DNA from: Candidatus Woesearchaeota archaeon
Lineage (GTDB): Archaea; Nanobdellota; Nanobdellia; Woesearchaeales; JACPBO01
NCBI GenBank assembly: GCA_016180285.1
Contig: JACPBO010000036.1
Location: forward strand, 1 to 45,831
Reading direction: 5' to 3'
Length of the DNA stretch: 45,831 nt
Shown here: positions 29,697 to 40,512 of the stretch, piece after piece
Layout of the letters: every line of letters begins with the position of its first letter
Position numbering within the stretch: the first letter of the stretch is position 1
The notes under the pieces: model-generated
What the model was told of the DNA's origin: nothing
Database searches by the model: none
What the model saw: the letters and a program-made list of their open reading frames with translations, nothing else
Program-made: the position numbers and the translations under genes

Positions 29697-29978
29697 TCAT
29701 CGATCTTGCCAGTTTTTTATGATGGGTTTCCTGCGCTGTAAGCCTTCCGAATATTTGGCTGCCTTCAGCGCTTTTACTGAAGAGCTCCTGCACAGCCTGC
29801 AAAGCTCTTCTGCAACAATCCTTAAATGCTTCATCGATCCAAAGAGCAGCTCATTTACAAGCTTGTAGTTCTTGCTATAATCTAAGTCATCAATGTTGTC
29901 AACATAGAAATTAATTGCATTGATCTCTGTTTTAATATCCTGCTTTAAAACCCTTATAAGATCTTTTTTTGTGTACAT
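29697..29978 (-). CDS. hypothetical protein, ferritin-like helical pattern
   Basis: IKTEINAINFY...MKHL resembles a degenerate ferritin-like half (weak). Confidence 0.5.
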   Translation of the reverse strand: MYTKKDLIRVLKQDIKTEINAINFYVDNIDDLDYSKNYKLVNELLFGSMKHLRIVAEELCRLCRSSSVKALKAAKYSEGLQRRKPIIKNWQDR

Positions 29979-30210
29979 ATGATGAGCCTGTGAAGCGGGC
30001 TTTTTAAAGCTTTCTTTTTTTCTTGTTCATGGCGGGCACTTCATTTGTCCACTTCCCAGCATAGTCTTACAGCTGGCTATGATTCAAGAGAAACCCTACA
30101 CCCCTTATCACAGATAAGGGGATTGCTGGCTCACTCCGTTCGCTCGGTCGGGTTTATACAGAGCTGCAATTCAGATAAATATAAATAATAATTGTTGATT
30201 ATTTGCGCTG

Positions 30211-30648
30211 ATGATCAAGAATAAACTAAAAGAATGGTTTAAGAGGTATGCGCTTGCTGAATTGACAGGCATTCTTTTTGCCCTTATTTTTTCAAATCTG
30301 TCGATGTTTTTCTTTAAAAACACAATAATTGCCGGCTTTATAGGCACTTGGATGGATAATTTAGGGTTCTATGGGATAATAGTGCATAGGGATTTAAATA
30401 AAAGAAAAAGAAACAAGAAATTAAATTTCCTGGATTACTTAAAACAATTAAGAAACATGATAGTCGAGTTTGGGCCGGCAGAGTATCTTGACAGCTTCAT
30501 CATACGCCCGCTCTACTACTCTTTTTTACCATACGTCATAGCAGACTATTCACTGGCGATCTTCATAGGGGCAATTTTAGCAGGTATAACATATTATATC
30601 CCTGCAATTATTTCTTATGAATTCCGCAAGAAGATTTTCATGGATTAG
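30211..30648 (+). CDS. membrane protein
   Basis: Several hydrophobic segments, EFGPAEYLDSFIIRP. Confidence 0.7.
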   Translation: MIKNKLKEWFKRYALAELTGILFALIFSNLSMFFFKNTIIAGFIGTWMDNLGFYGIIVHRDLNKRKRNKKLNFLDYLKQLRNMIVEFGPAEYLDSFIIRPLYYSFLPYVIADYSLAIFIGAILAGITYYIPAIISYEFRKKIFMD

Positions 30649-30651
30649 CCC

Positions 30652-31272
30652 TTAATATTCCACTCCCCTTCTTCCAACAACTCCGCCCTGCATCGGATGC
30701 TTCATTTCATTCATCACAGTAACAAGATCAGCAGCGTCAATTACTTCTTTCGGCGCATTCCTTCCTGTCAGGACAAGCTCGACATTAGACGGCTTGTTTT
30801 TTATCAGCTCAAGAACAGCATCAGCATTAACCAGCCCCTTGTCCATGCAGTTGTTTATCTCGTCGAGAACAACAAGATCATAGTCGCCAGAATTGACAAC
30901 TCCTTTTGCATGCTCAAATGCCTCAATAGCGAGCATCTTCTGCTCATCATCATCAAGAAAGCATTCTCTGCACTCCCCGCAATCAACATCTTCACGTATA
31001 TAATTCAGATGCGGAAATCCATTTGCTCCTTCAAGCTTCAGCTGCTTCTTCTCCTTCACGCAGTGCTTCCCAAACTGCTTTATTTTGAGCTGCGGCAGAA
31101 AATTAGTGGCTGCAATGAACTCGCCTGTATACGCCCCGCCTTTAAGGAACTGCACAATATAAACTTTCAAGTTCTGGCCAATGGCCCTTAATGCAATGCC
31201 TAATGCAATGCTTGTTTTTCCTTTCCCGTTTCCTGTATAAACCTGGACCAGTCCAAGCCTGTTTGTTGGCAT
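30652..31272 (-). CDS. cobA: cob(I)alamin adenosyltransferase (CobA/BtuR)
   Basis: VYTGNGKGKT, VQFLKG, LVVLDE, ELVLTGR, ADLVT.M...KHP, RRGVEY. Confidence 0.93.
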   Translation of the reverse strand: MPTNRLGLVQVYTGNGKGKTSIALGIALRAIGQNLKVYIVQFLKGGAYTGEFIAATNFLPQLKIKQFGKHCVKEKKQLKLEGANGFPHLNYIREDVDCGECRECFLDDDEQKMLAIEAFEHAKGVVNSGDYDLVVLDEINNCMDKGLVNADAVLELIKNKPSNVELVLTGRNAPKEVIDAADLVTVMNEMKHPMQGGVVGRRGVEY

Positions 31273-31310
31273 CTTGTATTAGTAAAGTTGCTAATGAATA
31301 CTTTTACTAT

Positions 31311-31424
31311 AGAAAAACACCACCACAACTGACAGCAGACGGACATTTTCTAACGAAAATGTCCTGCGAGCCACCCCGTAAGGGACAACCCCCGTCTCGC
31401 CTGCGTCAGTGGTGGTGTTTTTCT
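31311..31424 (+). repeat. structured element, copy A
   Basis: 16-bp outer stem, 10-bp internal hairpin, CCC-GTAA-GGG hairpin. Confidence 0.75.
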
Positions 31425-31431
31425 CTCAACA

Positions 31432-31544
31432 AAAAAATCCAGCCATGGTGCCGACGAGGCGAGGGTTGGCTCCTACGGAGTGCCGAGTAGGACAAATTTC
31501 TTTCAGAAATTTGTCCGTAGGCACCATGGTTGGCTGGATTTTTT
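31432..31544 (-). repeat. structured element, copy B (inverted homolog of copy A)
   Basis: 14-bp outer stem, 11-bp internal hairpin, CTCC-GTA-GGAG hairpin. Confidence 0.75.
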
Positions 31545-31582
31545 GGTTTATCGCGACAATGAATTAACAATTTAATTTGTTC

Positions 31583-34500
31583 TTATAAGCTGCATATTGA
31601 ATAACCGCACTGCGGGCATGTTGAGCATCCTTCCTGGATCTTCATCTTGCTGCCGCATTCAGGGCATTTCTCTAAAAACTTGCCTTTCTTCTTTCCGTCC
31701 TCTTCTTTTTTTGTTATCTCTATGTTCAGCACTTGATTTTCCCTGCTTCCATCTCTGTAAACTGTAACGCCCTTGCAGCCAAGCTTGTAAGCAGTAAGGT
31801 AGACTGTTTTGACATCCTCTGTTGTCGCCCAATTCGGGAAATTAACAGTCTTGCTCACAGCATTGTCTGTATGTTCCTGAAAAGCGGCCTGCATATTTAC
31901 ATGCCACTCCGGCCTTATGTCGTGGCTTACAACAAAGATTCTTCTTCCTTCATCAGGAATCTCCTTGATGTTTTGTATTGATCCTTTGTTGGCAATGCTT
32001 TTCATCAGCTCCTCGCTGTAAAATCCCTCTTTCTTTGCGTAATTCTCAAAATGCTCATTCACATAAACAAGTTCCTTGTTGTCCATTACCCTTTTAATGA
32101 ATGATACAGCAAACAATGGCTCCACTCCGGAGCTGCAGTCAGCAATCATGCTTAATGTCCCGGTTGGAGCAATCGTTGTGACAGTTGCATTCCTCATTGT
32201 TTTGAATTTGGATGCCCAGATGCTGTCCTTGAAATTCTGGAAAGACCCTCTTTTTCTGCCCAACTCTTCAGACATTTTTCTTGCTTCATCGCATACAAAC
32301 TTCATGATGCTTCTTCCTGTTTCAACGCCGTCTTTTGAATTATACGCAAAGTTCAGCTGGAAAAGCATATCGGCAAACCCCATAACGCCCAACCCAATTT
32401 TCCTGTTTGACTTGGTCATCTCCTCTATTTGCTTCAATGGAAACTTATTCATATCAATTACATTGTCCAAAAAATGAACGGCTTTTCTTACAGTTTCACT
32501 GAGTCTCTCATAGTTTATTTTTCCGTTTTCAACAAATTTGCCTAGATTTATGCTGCCGAGGTTGCACGATTCGTAAGGCAAAAGGGGCTGCTCGCCGCAT
32601 TGGTGAACTATGATTGAATTACAGACCATAGAATGTGTAACGGGTTCTGTCAAATCGTAAACTTCGTTTAAGCCAGCGCTCTCGACCATTACAACAGTAT
32701 CTGTGAATTGTTTTTCCCGCCTCTTTTTGAAGCGAATATTTTCTAGATGCTGATTTTTACGTTTGCCAATAAAACCTATTTTCTTCTTAAAACTGTCCAT
32801 ATTCGCGCCAAAGATGCCTAGTTCGTATAATACGCCATCAGAATTGTATGTTCTTCTTTCCCCGTTTTTTGTGATGTACTCAAACAGGCCTTCTCTTGGC
32901 GGCCTTGAGCGATCATAGATTACGCTTTTTATGCCGAAATTCAAAAGAAGCACCTGCACTTCCTTAAGCAGCATTATGCTCTTAGATGTTAATGCCATCC
33001 AGTCACTTGCACTTTTTTTGCTGTCTCTGACTGTGCCGTCTGCGGTAAACAATCCTTGCAGAAATCCGGCAGCAGCTTCTTTCGGCGCAGAGAATACGCT
33101 CTCAGGAACGCTTTTCTCATCCGGGCGAACAACCTTAACTCCGAGCTTCCTAAAGTAATCCACAAAATACTTCGAGTGGTAAGATAAATGAATCACATTG
33201 TTTTTCCTTTTTATTTCCTTTATTTCATTGCCATAAAAATTATTTATCACTGGACTTATGTAATTGAGAATTTCTATATCATCATTGCCAAATGTGAATC
33301 CGATTCTGCAATTTTTGTCCCCTTCGCGGATCCAACCATCCGCAATCAACAAACCAAGTATTTGGCCAAGTTCTTTTGACCATTTTGAAGGCAGGTTAAG
33401 CTTATATGCCCTTCCATTGCTTCCTTTGAATTCATTCTTCACATCAAATTGAATATCATATTTGCTGCTGAATCTGCCTTCTCCGGACTGCAATAAAACT
33501 TTTTTTCCTAAACAATCTTTTAGCTCAAACCAGCCGTCTGTTGTGAGGATTTTGTGGTCTGCTGTAGCAACAAGCTCATAACCGCATTTTGTTGCCAATC
33601 TGCAGCATTCTTTAACTCCTGTTTTCCAAACAGCAGATATCGGATTAAAACTGACCCCTTTCTCCTTCATTTGGAGTAAGCTTAGTGTTCCATCTTTATT
33701 CAGAACAGAAATGGGCACTCTGTTATCAACAGCTATTTTAATTACCTTATGTTTTTCAACTAAGTCTTTCATTCTCATCAACCCGAACTCAGTAGAAACC
33801 AGACAATCGCCTGTAACGCATGGATTAGTGCTTTCGATCTCACCGATTTTCGGCGTCGGATTAGCTCTGTTCATCTCATCAATAAATATTACTCCTGGCT
33901 CTCCGTTCTTCCACGCCATCAGAACAATCAAATCAAAAACATTTCTTGCAGGAAGAGTTTTGGCAACAGACTTATCGTGCGGGCTTATCAGCTCATATTC
34001 TTCGTCTTTTTCAACAGCTTTCATGAACTTGTCGGTCAAGGCAACAGATATGTTGAAGTTGTTCAATGCATTCAGTTTTTCTTTTGATGTTATGAAATCA
34101 ATTATGTCGGGATGGTCAACCCGCAAAATAGCCATGTTAGCGCCGCGCCTTTTGTTATGCACCAAAATGCTGTTCGCAACAAAATAGCCGGTAGCCGGAA
34201 CCATTATGTCCATTGTGTGCTCTTTTTCAGTATTGATCTCAGAAACCTGGCTGTAGAAATATTCGTCATTTGCTGCTTTCAGCAGCTGCTCATTTCTTAA
34301 TTCTGAAAATGTATTGAGCAGCTCTTTAAGCCTCTTTCTTGTGAGATTCCTTGCAGAACTGGTTTTTATGCCGGACAAATGGTGCTGTATTGCCCTGTAT
34401 AATTCCCTATTCGCGCCTTTCTTGCTTCTGTTCTTGCCGCATCCTCTCCCCGGGCCATCATAAAGGCTTCTCAATAAATCAACTTGATTCGGTATAACAT

Positions 34501-37500
34501 CGTTTTGCTCAAATTCCCTGATCTTATATCTCTCTTTTAGCTTATTATTTTTTCTCTCAGAAATGAAGCCGATATTTTTAATGAATTCGCTTATGCTCCT
34601 TTCCTGGATTATATTTAAGTGATGAATTGGATTCTTTCCGTATCTGTTGCTGCTTGTATATCTGTGAAATGTCGAGACAATCCCCAAGCCAAATAACAAT
34701 TGCTGCACATCTTTAACCAGCCTTTGTGATGCTGAATAGAGCCTAGGATAGCCGTCTGAATGCACATCTCCATCGCCTTCAAACAGGCCTTTTAAGAATG
34801 CAAATGCGCTTTCTTTCGAGGACTGGAATATATGAAGCGGAACAAACGCATTCAGAGCCCCGTCTTTTTTCCATCCTGATTTTTCAAAATAACTGCAGAT
34901 GTTTTTTGAATAGAATATCAGGCATATGGAATTTTCGCCTTCCTTTTGTTCTGTTCTGTGCTCTGAAACGCCAAAATTTTTCAGCATTAATTCGCAAATC
35001 CTTTCTTTTAGCAAAATATCAGAGGATTCTACTGCAAAAATAATTCTTCCGCCGCTGCTTATGCAGCCATCAGCCATGTAAATTCCAAGCAATTCTGCTA
35101 AATCAGGGCTCATTTTTTTTGGCAGCTCTGCATGCTTGGTATTAAAATGCTGTTTGAGCTCTATAGCTGGCAGTTCTGTATCTTCAGCAATATGGCCGCC
35201 AAGAACATGGATAACCCAATCTCCTTTTTTAACATCTTCAGCCTTCTTCCACGAGAATTTTCCTTCCTCGCCAACAATGCCTATACTGTGGTTGTAAGTT
35301 GCTTTAATTTCGGTGCCTATCTTTGTCTTTATGCTATACACTTCAGCAACATTATTATCTTCTGCCAAAAATGCCTGCTCAAAGCCGCCATTTGTATAAA
35401 CAAGATGGCTTGTCGGGCAATCTCCTAATGAAGGGCAGTTCAAAAGCTTTCCAATTGGCATGACTCCTTTGTTTGTCCTTATTAGGCTGCCTGTAGCTAT
35501 GCATCCGCCCTGCTTGATAACCTCTGTTGTAACGTCAAATACGCGCATAAAAGACAATGGCCCGGAAGCAACTCCTTTAGTTGACATCACAAGGTCATTC
35601 CTCGGCCTTAGTCTTGAAAAAGAGAATCCTGTATTGTGAACAACTGCAAAGCTGTTCTCCCCAGCCAAATAATTGTTGTTTTCAGACATAGTAAAATCAT
35701 AGAAATCCCCTGCACAAGCGGCTTTCTCAACAGCTACAACGCGGTGCAGAGTGGGCAGAACAGACAGCCACATCTTTAATGTCTCTTTTTCTGAGGATGT
35801 TAATTTTTCTGAAAAAGTTAAGATTATTTTGAGCAGCTCTAACACCTTATTTAAAGAAACGCCCTGATTCTCTTTCCACCTCGCCAGCCAAAAATATGTG
35901 TCTTTAATCTTTATTGATTCTTTGTGAATTTTGCTATTTTTAGTGGCTACATCTATTCGGTTAAGATAAGGCTCAATATCTGCAAAAGAAAGAGGGCATG
36001 TCCGGCTTGTATTCTTTGAAGACGCTTCAGCAAATTTCTGCAGCCTTTCTCTTCTAAAGTTATTTGCAAGATGATGCTTGACCAAATCCCAGAGGCGGCT
36101 CAATTGCTCCTGCGTATCTATGTTTAGTTCATGCATCATATGCCATTTATTTTTGCGCGGCTTTCTTTCCCTGACTGATGTCCTGAAGCCGAGCAAAGAC
36201 AACAAACAGCTTAGCTCTTCAATAAATTGCTTGCTTGCTGAAGCATAATTAACCCTGATCTTTTCCTTGCTTACATACCCGTCAGAATCAATCAGCCCTG
36301 CCAGGAAAGAGCTTATAACAGGCAAAGGAGACTTTAAGACCGAAGAAGGAATACGAATATCCTTTTTTTCTCCGAGAACATTGCATACCGACCTTATAAA
36401 CGCTATTATTCTGCGGTCATAGCAAACAATATAATGGGTTTTGTTTCGCCTGTCTTTCTGAATCTTGTATTTCTTATTGGTGACAGCCGCCAATATATTG
36501 ACTGCCTTATTTAAGCTCTCGACTGACTCATCAAAAAATCTTAACCGCAGCCTGTCTAGATAAGGCCCCAATGAGCCGTCACCCAGGAAATAGCCCAATA
36601 ACCAGCCCATTTCTTCATTAATTTTAATCCCGTTGACTTCCTGATATTGCTCAAACGGCCAATTTTCCAAAATGCTGCTGTTTGAAAATATCGCCCAATC
36701 TCCGGGCTTTATCTCATCTGCACGCCTTTCCAGAATTTTGCCATTCTCAAAAACAAAAAAAGGATGCCAATCGCTTGTAGTTGCCTTTGAGTTTCCCTCA
36801 AAACAAATGCTAAAAACCCGCTCTTTAGGCAGAGTGTAATGCCAGATCTTATCTATTTTATCTTTAGAAAACTTTCCTGTTCTCTTATCAAAAGAAAAGG
36901 TAAAGATATTTTTGCCAGCCAGCTTTATGAATGATTCGCTGTTTTGGCCTTTTTCCTCAGGCACTTCTTTTTTAAGCTTATTATATAGGATTTCGATCTT
37001 CTCCAAGCCGCAATATGTGGTAAACACATTTGAATCCTTATAGACGCATCCTCCTCCGCTTTTGTGTATCACAGCCGTATTCTTCACAGTTTCAAATATC
37101 TCCTCAATAGAATCTCCTACAGGAAGAACGAAGCACGCTGACAATTGCTGCAGCTTTGTTCCTGCATTCATCAATGTCGGAGAATTAGGAAGAAACTCAA
37201 GATTTGACATCATTTGGTAGAATTCTTCCTCTGTTTTGCCTGAAACAGCATCTTTATCATAGAGCTTGTCTGCCTGCGCAACGTTCTTTGCAACCCTTCT
37301 GAACAATTCATCCGGAGTTTCTATTAAAGCACCGTTTTTATCCTTCAATAAATACCTCTCCTTAAGAACCTGCAATGCATTGACAGAAAGCTTTGTCTCA
37401 AAAGTTTTGCCAATGATCATCTCCTTAACTTCTCTCAGTTCCTTATGCTTCTGCCTGTACAGGATGAATGCCTTTGCAGTCTGCGCATGGCCCTGCTCAA

Positions 37501-37774
37501 TAAGAACTTTCTCTACAATGTCCTGCACTTCCTCAACATGAGGTATCTTTTTTCCGTCATACTGCTCATCAAGAACATTGACAACCTTATCTGCAAGCTT
37601 TTCAGCTGTTGCGCGGTCCTCTCCGCCAACAGACTGCGCTGCCTTGAATACTGCATTTATGATCTTTATCTTGTCAAAGTCAACTGTACTGCCGTCTCTT
37701 TTTATTATCTTTGTTACTTTCTTAGAATTTGTCTTCCCATCATCCTCTTGCTTCATCTTTCCCCCTCTTTTCAA
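31583..37774 (-). CDS. nrdJ: class II (AdoCbl-dependent) ribonucleotide reductase with ATP cone and three inteins
   Basis: ATP cone, [40 protein letters not shown]-terminal Zn ribbon; ~734 aa if spliced. Confidence 0.95.
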   Translation of the reverse strand: MKRGGKMKQEDDGKTNSKKVTKIIKRDGSTVDFDKIKIINAVFKAAQSVGGEDRATAEKLADKVVNVLDEQYDGKKIPHVEEVQDIVEKVLIEQGHAQTAKAFILYRQKHKELREVKEMIIGKTFETKLSVNALQVLKERYLLKDKNGALIETPDELFRRVAKNVAQADKLYDKDAVSGKTEEEFYQMMSNLEFLPNSPTLMNAGTKLQQLSACFVLPVGDSIEEIFETVKNTAVIHKSGGGCVYKDSNVFTTYCGLEKIEILYNKLKKEVPEEKGQNSESFIKLAGKNIFTFSFDKRTGKFSKDKIDKIWHYTLPKERVFSICFEGNSKATTSDWHPFFVFENGKILERRADEIKPGDWAIFSNSSILENWPFEQYQEVNGIKINEEMGWLLGYFLGDGSLGPYLDRLRLRFFDESVESLNKAVNILAAVTNKKYKIQKDRRNKTHYIVCYDRRIIAFIRSVCNVLGEKKDIRIPSSVLKSPLPVISSFLAGLIDSDGYVSKEKIRVNYASASKQFIEELSCLLSLLGFRTSVRERKPRKNKWHMMHELNIDTQEQLSRLWDLVKHHLANNFRRERLQKFAEASSKNTSRTCPLSFADIEPYLNRIDVATKNSKIHKESIKIKDTYFWLARWKENQGVSLNKVLELLKIILTFSEKLTSSEKETLKMWLSVLPTLHRVVAVEKAACAGDFYDFTMSENNNYLAGENSFAVVHNTGFSFSRLRPRNDLVMSTKGVASGPLSFMRVFDVTTEVIKQGGCIATGSLIRTNKGVMPIGKLLNCPSLGDCPTSHLVYTNGGFEQAFLAEDNNVAEVYSIKTKIGTEIKATYNHSIGIVGEEGKFSWKKAEDVKKGDWVIHVLGGHIAEDTELPAIELKQHFNTKHAELPKKMSPDLAELLGIYMADGCISSGGRIIFAVESSDILLKERICELMLKNFGVSEHRTEQKEGENSICLIFYSKNICSYFEKSGWKKDGALNAFVPLHIFQSSKESAFAFLKGLFEGDGDVHSDGYPRLYSASQRLVKDVQQLLFGLGIVSTFHRYTSSNRYGKNPIHHLNIIQERSISEFIKNIGFISERKNNKLKERYKIREFEQNDVIPNQVDLLRSLYDGPGRGCGKNRSKKGANRELYRAIQHHLSGIKTSSARNLTRKRLKELLNTFSELRNEQLLKAANDEYFYSQVSEINTEKEHTMDIMVPATGYFVANSILVHNKRRGANMAILRVDHPDIIDFITSKEKLNALNNFNISVALTDKFMKAVEKDEEYELISPHDKSVAKTLPARNVFDLIVLMAWKNGEPGVIFIDEMNRANPTPKIGEIESTNPCVTGDCLVSTEFGLMRMKDLVEKHKVIKIAVDNRVPISVLNKDGTLSLLQMKEKGVSFNPISAVWKTGVKECCRLATKCGYELVATADHKILTTDGWFELKDCLGKKVLLQSGEGRFSSKYDIQFDVKNEFKGSNGRAYKLNLPSKWSKELGQILGLLIADGWIREGDKNCRIGFTFGNDDIEILNYISPVINNFYGNEIKEIKRKNNVIHLSYHSKYFVDYFRKLGVKVVRPDEKSVPESVFSAPKEAAAGFLQGLFTADGTVRDSKKSASDWMALTSKSIMLLKEVQVLLLNFGIKSVIYDRSRPPREGLFEYITKNGERRTYNSDGVLYELGIFGANMDSFKKKIGFIGKRKNQHLENIRFKKRREKQFTDTVVMVESAGLNEVYDLTEPVTHSMVCNSIIVHQCGEQPLLPYESCNLGSINLGKFVENGKINYERLSETVRKAVHFLDNVIDMNKFPLKQIEEMTKSNRKIGLGVMGFADMLFQLNFAYNSKDGVETGRSIMKFVCDEARKMSEELGRKRGSFQNFKDSIWASKFKTMRNATVTTIAPTGTLSMIADCSSGVEPLFAVSFIKRVMDNKELVYVNEHFENYAKKEGFYSEELMKSIANKGSIQNIKEIPDEGRRIFVVSHDIRPEWHVNMQAAFQEHTDNAVSKTVNFPNWATTEDVKTVYLTAYKLGCKGVTVYRDGSRENQVLNIEITKKEEDGKKKGKFLEKCPECGSKMKIQEGCSTCPQCGYSICSL
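32600..33820 (-). mobile_element. intein 3 (407 aa, LAGLIDADG), ends His-Gln
   Basis: STNP|CVTGD...[25 protein letters not shown]. Confidence 0.93.
34154..35503 (-). mobile_element. intein 2 (450 aa, LAGLIDADG), followed by Lys
   Basis: KQGG|CIATG...[28 protein letters not shown]. Confidence 0.92.
35633..37048 (-). mobile_element. intein 1 (472 aa, LAGLIDADG)
   Basis: SGGG|CVYKD...[27 protein letters not shown]. Confidence 0.93.
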
Positions 37775-37961
37775 GTAATTTTTAATTGATTTCCGCTAAT
37801 AACCGCATAAAAATCAACATTAAGCCATATTTAAACTTTTGTGCTTTGAATAATATATATTCTACAGTATTATAAAAATAATTTTGAATGATTTACATTA
37901 AATTTCTTATTCCCCTTCAAACTCCGCCAACTTTAAAATCACATACTAGTTTTTTAATAAT

Positions 37962-38813
37962 CTATCCTTTCTTTTCAATTCTTTTGTCTTTTTCCGTTGC
38001 AGAAAGGTAGTTCTCACCTGAAATAATTGATCTGCCTATCCTACGTTCAGCATCTTTCCTTGCGTTGCCGGCGACCTCTCCGCCTTCTTTTGCAGAATCT
38101 TTGCATTCTGGAAAATCCTTATCATCTTTATTTCTGGTGATCTCGGTGGTAACTCTCTCGCCAAGCATTGTAAAGATAAGCTCGAGGTCATTCATGTGGT
38201 CGCGCAGATTTTCTCTTTTCAGCCCTTTGAGTTTTTGATATTCGCTTGGCGTCATTCCAAAGGTTGCTTTTGAGATTTCTGCTGTTAAAATAGCAAACTC
38301 CCTATCCGTTTCTACCCCTCTTTTGTTCCATTCATCTGTTAATTCATCCCTTATTGCAATTCCCCTTACTCTTTTCTCAATCCAGTCTTCAGAATAGCCC
38401 TTTGCCCTGTAGATTTCCTTCATGCGTTTTTGAGCTAGTTCAGGATTTTGGATTTCTTCAACTCTATCATAACCTACCTGAGCCAACCATTGCTTAAATG
38501 GTTCTGCTTTAGGAGATGGAATAGATTGGATGATTCTGAACATATTTTTTGTATTGGCGCAGTCTGTTTCCCTTAATCTGCCATCATCTGCCATTAACTT
38601 CAACTGTCCGATTTTTTCGGACACTTCAAAACCTTCATCGGTAAGCTTAACCTTTAAATCAGACCAGTACTTTCTAGCTCTATCGGTTTGGGTTAATGCA
38701 CCTATTATATCAACTACTGAAAACCACCATTCATTATTATGCCAGATTCTCCTTATCTGCTTTCCTTGAAACACAACTAATGCATTATTTTCTTCCACTT
38801 TATTCACCTTCAA
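37962..38813 (-). CDS. BRO-N domain protein (phage antirepressor-like)
   Basis: WWFSVVDII..LT...ARKYW, RIIQSIPSPKAEPFKQWLA, ENLRDHM. Confidence 0.85.
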   Translation of the reverse strand: MKVNKVEENNALVVFQGKQIRRIWHNNEWWFSVVDIIGALTQTDRARKYWSDLKVKLTDEGFEVSEKIGQLKLMADDGRLRETDCANTKNMFRIIQSIPSPKAEPFKQWLAQVGYDRVEEIQNPELAQKRMKEIYRAKGYSEDWIEKRVRGIAIRDELTDEWNKRGVETDREFAILTAEISKATFGMTPSEYQKLKGLKRENLRDHMNDLELIFTMLGERVTTEITRNKDDKDFPECKDSAKEGGEVAGNARKDAERRIGRSIISGENYLSATEKDKRIEKKG

Positions 38814-39330
38814 ACTCCACCAGATTAAAAACCTTGTAATTGTTTTCCAGTAACTTGTTCTTTCCTTTCAATTCCGGAAGATCAACAATGAAGGCGCACT
38901 CTACAATATTGCCGCCGAGCTTTTCAATAAGTTGGCAGGCAGCCAACGCTGTACCCCCGGTAGCAATCAAATCGTCAACAAGCAGCACATTATCTCCCTT
39001 TTTTATTGCATCCTTGTTCATTTCAATTGTGTCAGTGCTGTATTCTGTGTCATAAGTTAATGTTTCAACCTCTGGCGGCAATTTTCCTTTCTTCCTTATC
39101 GGAACAAATCCAACGCCAAGCTGATGCGCAATTGCTCCGCCAAAAATAAATCCTCTGCTTTCGATTCCGGCAACAAAATCTATTTTGGCATCTTTGTATC
39201 GCTCAACAAATTCCTTGATCACATCTTTCAGGCCCTGAGCATCTTTCAGCAATGTTGTAATATCCCTGAACATAACGCCCTGCTTGGGCCAATGCGGTAT
39301 TGTCCGGATTTTTGATTTAATATGCTCCAT
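38800..39330 (-). CDS. apt: adenine phosphoribosyltransferase
   Basis: FRDITTLL, GIESRGF, IRKKGKLP, VDDLIATGGT. Confidence 0.96.
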   Translation of the reverse strand: MEHIKSKIRTIPHWPKQGVMFRDITTLLKDAQGLKDVIKEFVERYKDAKIDFVAGIESRGFIFGGAIAHQLGVGFVPIRKKGKLPPEVETLTYDTEYSTDTIEMNKDAIKKGDNVLLVDDLIATGGTALAACQLIEKLGGNIVECAFIVDLPELKGKNKLLENNYKVFNLVEFEGE

Positions 39331-39341
39331 TGTATTTGCCT

Positions 39342-39644
39342 CTACTGTGGCTCATAGTCTTTTTCTAACAGGGATTTGCATCCAAATTCTTCAATTATTT
39401 TTTCAGCAGCATTTCTTCCATAAGCCACCACTCCTATTCCGTTGCCATTTTTTATAATCTTATATGCTTTTAAATTACGTTCAAAGTATAAGATTAAAGA
39501 CTCTTTTTCTTTGCTTATTGTGCACCCAAATTTTTCAGCCACTGCATCAGCAAACTCATCAAGCGATATGCCTATTGTAATCACAAGCGGTATCGGCTTT
39601 GTTTTTGATTTTTTTGTTATAAGTTCAACACCCATAATAATCAC
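39342..39644 (-). CDS. hypothetical protein between mtnP and apt
   Basis: ~100-aa AT-rich ORF, co-oriented with its neighbours. Confidence 0.55.
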   Translation of the reverse strand: MIIMGVELITKKSKTKPIPLVITIGISLDEFADAVAEKFGCTISKEKESLILYFERNLKAYKIIKNGNGIGVVAYGRNAAEKIIEEFGCKSLLEKDYEPQ

Positions 39645-40400
39645 CTATGTTATCTTTGTTATGACTTTCAGCAATAATCGTTTTACATTGGCGACATTCT
39701 TCTCAAATACTTTTAATATCTCATGCCATTCAACCGGAGCTTCATCTGTTTTCCAGCAGTCATAGTCAGTTGACATGGCAACAACAGCATATGGAATGCC
39801 GGCTTCATTTGCAAGTATTGCTTCCGGGGCAACTGACATATTTATTACATCTGCACCCCATATCCTGAACATATTGGATTCTGCCCTTGTTGAAAACCTC
39901 GGGCCTTCAATTGTTACAACTGTCCCTTTTTCATGCATTCTTAAGCCCAATTCTTTTCCAGCTTCTATCAATTTCCTTCTTAATCCTTCTGAAAAAGGGT
40001 CTGCCATAGGCGTATGCTTTGCGTTCTCAGCACCCGGCTCAAATTCTTCGTAAAAAGTTATCTTTCTGTGCCTTGTAAAATCTATGAACTGGTTGAGAAT
40101 GACAAAATCCCCTCTCCCGATTTCCTGCCTTAAAGAGCCGCAGGCAGTTGTTGCCAATATATGAGTGCAGCCCTGCTCCTTCAATGCATGAATGTTTGCC
40201 CTGAAATTAACCTGAGATGGCGGAATAGTATGTTTTCTTCCATGCCGTGCAATAAGCACAACATCAACACCTTCAATAGAGCCGATTGTTAATGGCGAAG
40301 ACGGCCTGCCAAAAGGAGTCATGACTTCTATTTCTTTTGCATCTTTCATTATTTTTGGATCGTCCAGCCCGGAGCCTCCGATAATTCCTATTTTAACCAT
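39645..40400 (-). CDS. mtnP: 5'-methylthioadenosine phosphorylase
   Basis: IGIIGGSG, ARHG..HTIPP, IEGPRFSTRAES, TDYDCW. Confidence 0.95.
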   Translation of the reverse strand: MVKIGIIGGSGLDDPKIMKDAKEIEVMTPFGRPSSPLTIGSIEGVDVVLIARHGRKHTIPPSQVNFRANIHALKEQGCTHILATTACGSLRQEIGRGDFVILNQFIDFTRHRKITFYEEFEPGAENAKHTPMADPFSEGLRRKLIEAGKELGLRMHEKGTVVTIEGPRFSTRAESNMFRIWGADVINMSVAPEAILANEAGIPYAVVAMSTDYDCWKTDEAPVEWHEILKVFEKNVANVKRLLLKVITKIT

Positions 40401-40512
40401 TGATTTACCCCAGCCACACATTTATTATTTGATTTAAATAGTTTTTGTTAATTTTTGTTTATAATAAAATTTTCAGAAATATTTATAAAATCCATTAAAT
40501 TTATATCATAAC

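Noticed and set aside
31366..31392. SRP RNA helix 8 resemblance (CCCGTAAGGG-ACAACC)
   Set aside because: Lacks the conserved CAGG/AGCA internal loop and the Alu domain
31273..31582. Canonical cobalamin riboswitch upstream of cobA; 99-aa ORF at 31191-31490
   Set aside because: No recognisable AGGGAA or B12-box consensus on the minus strand; the ORF overlaps cobA antisense and runs through the palindromes
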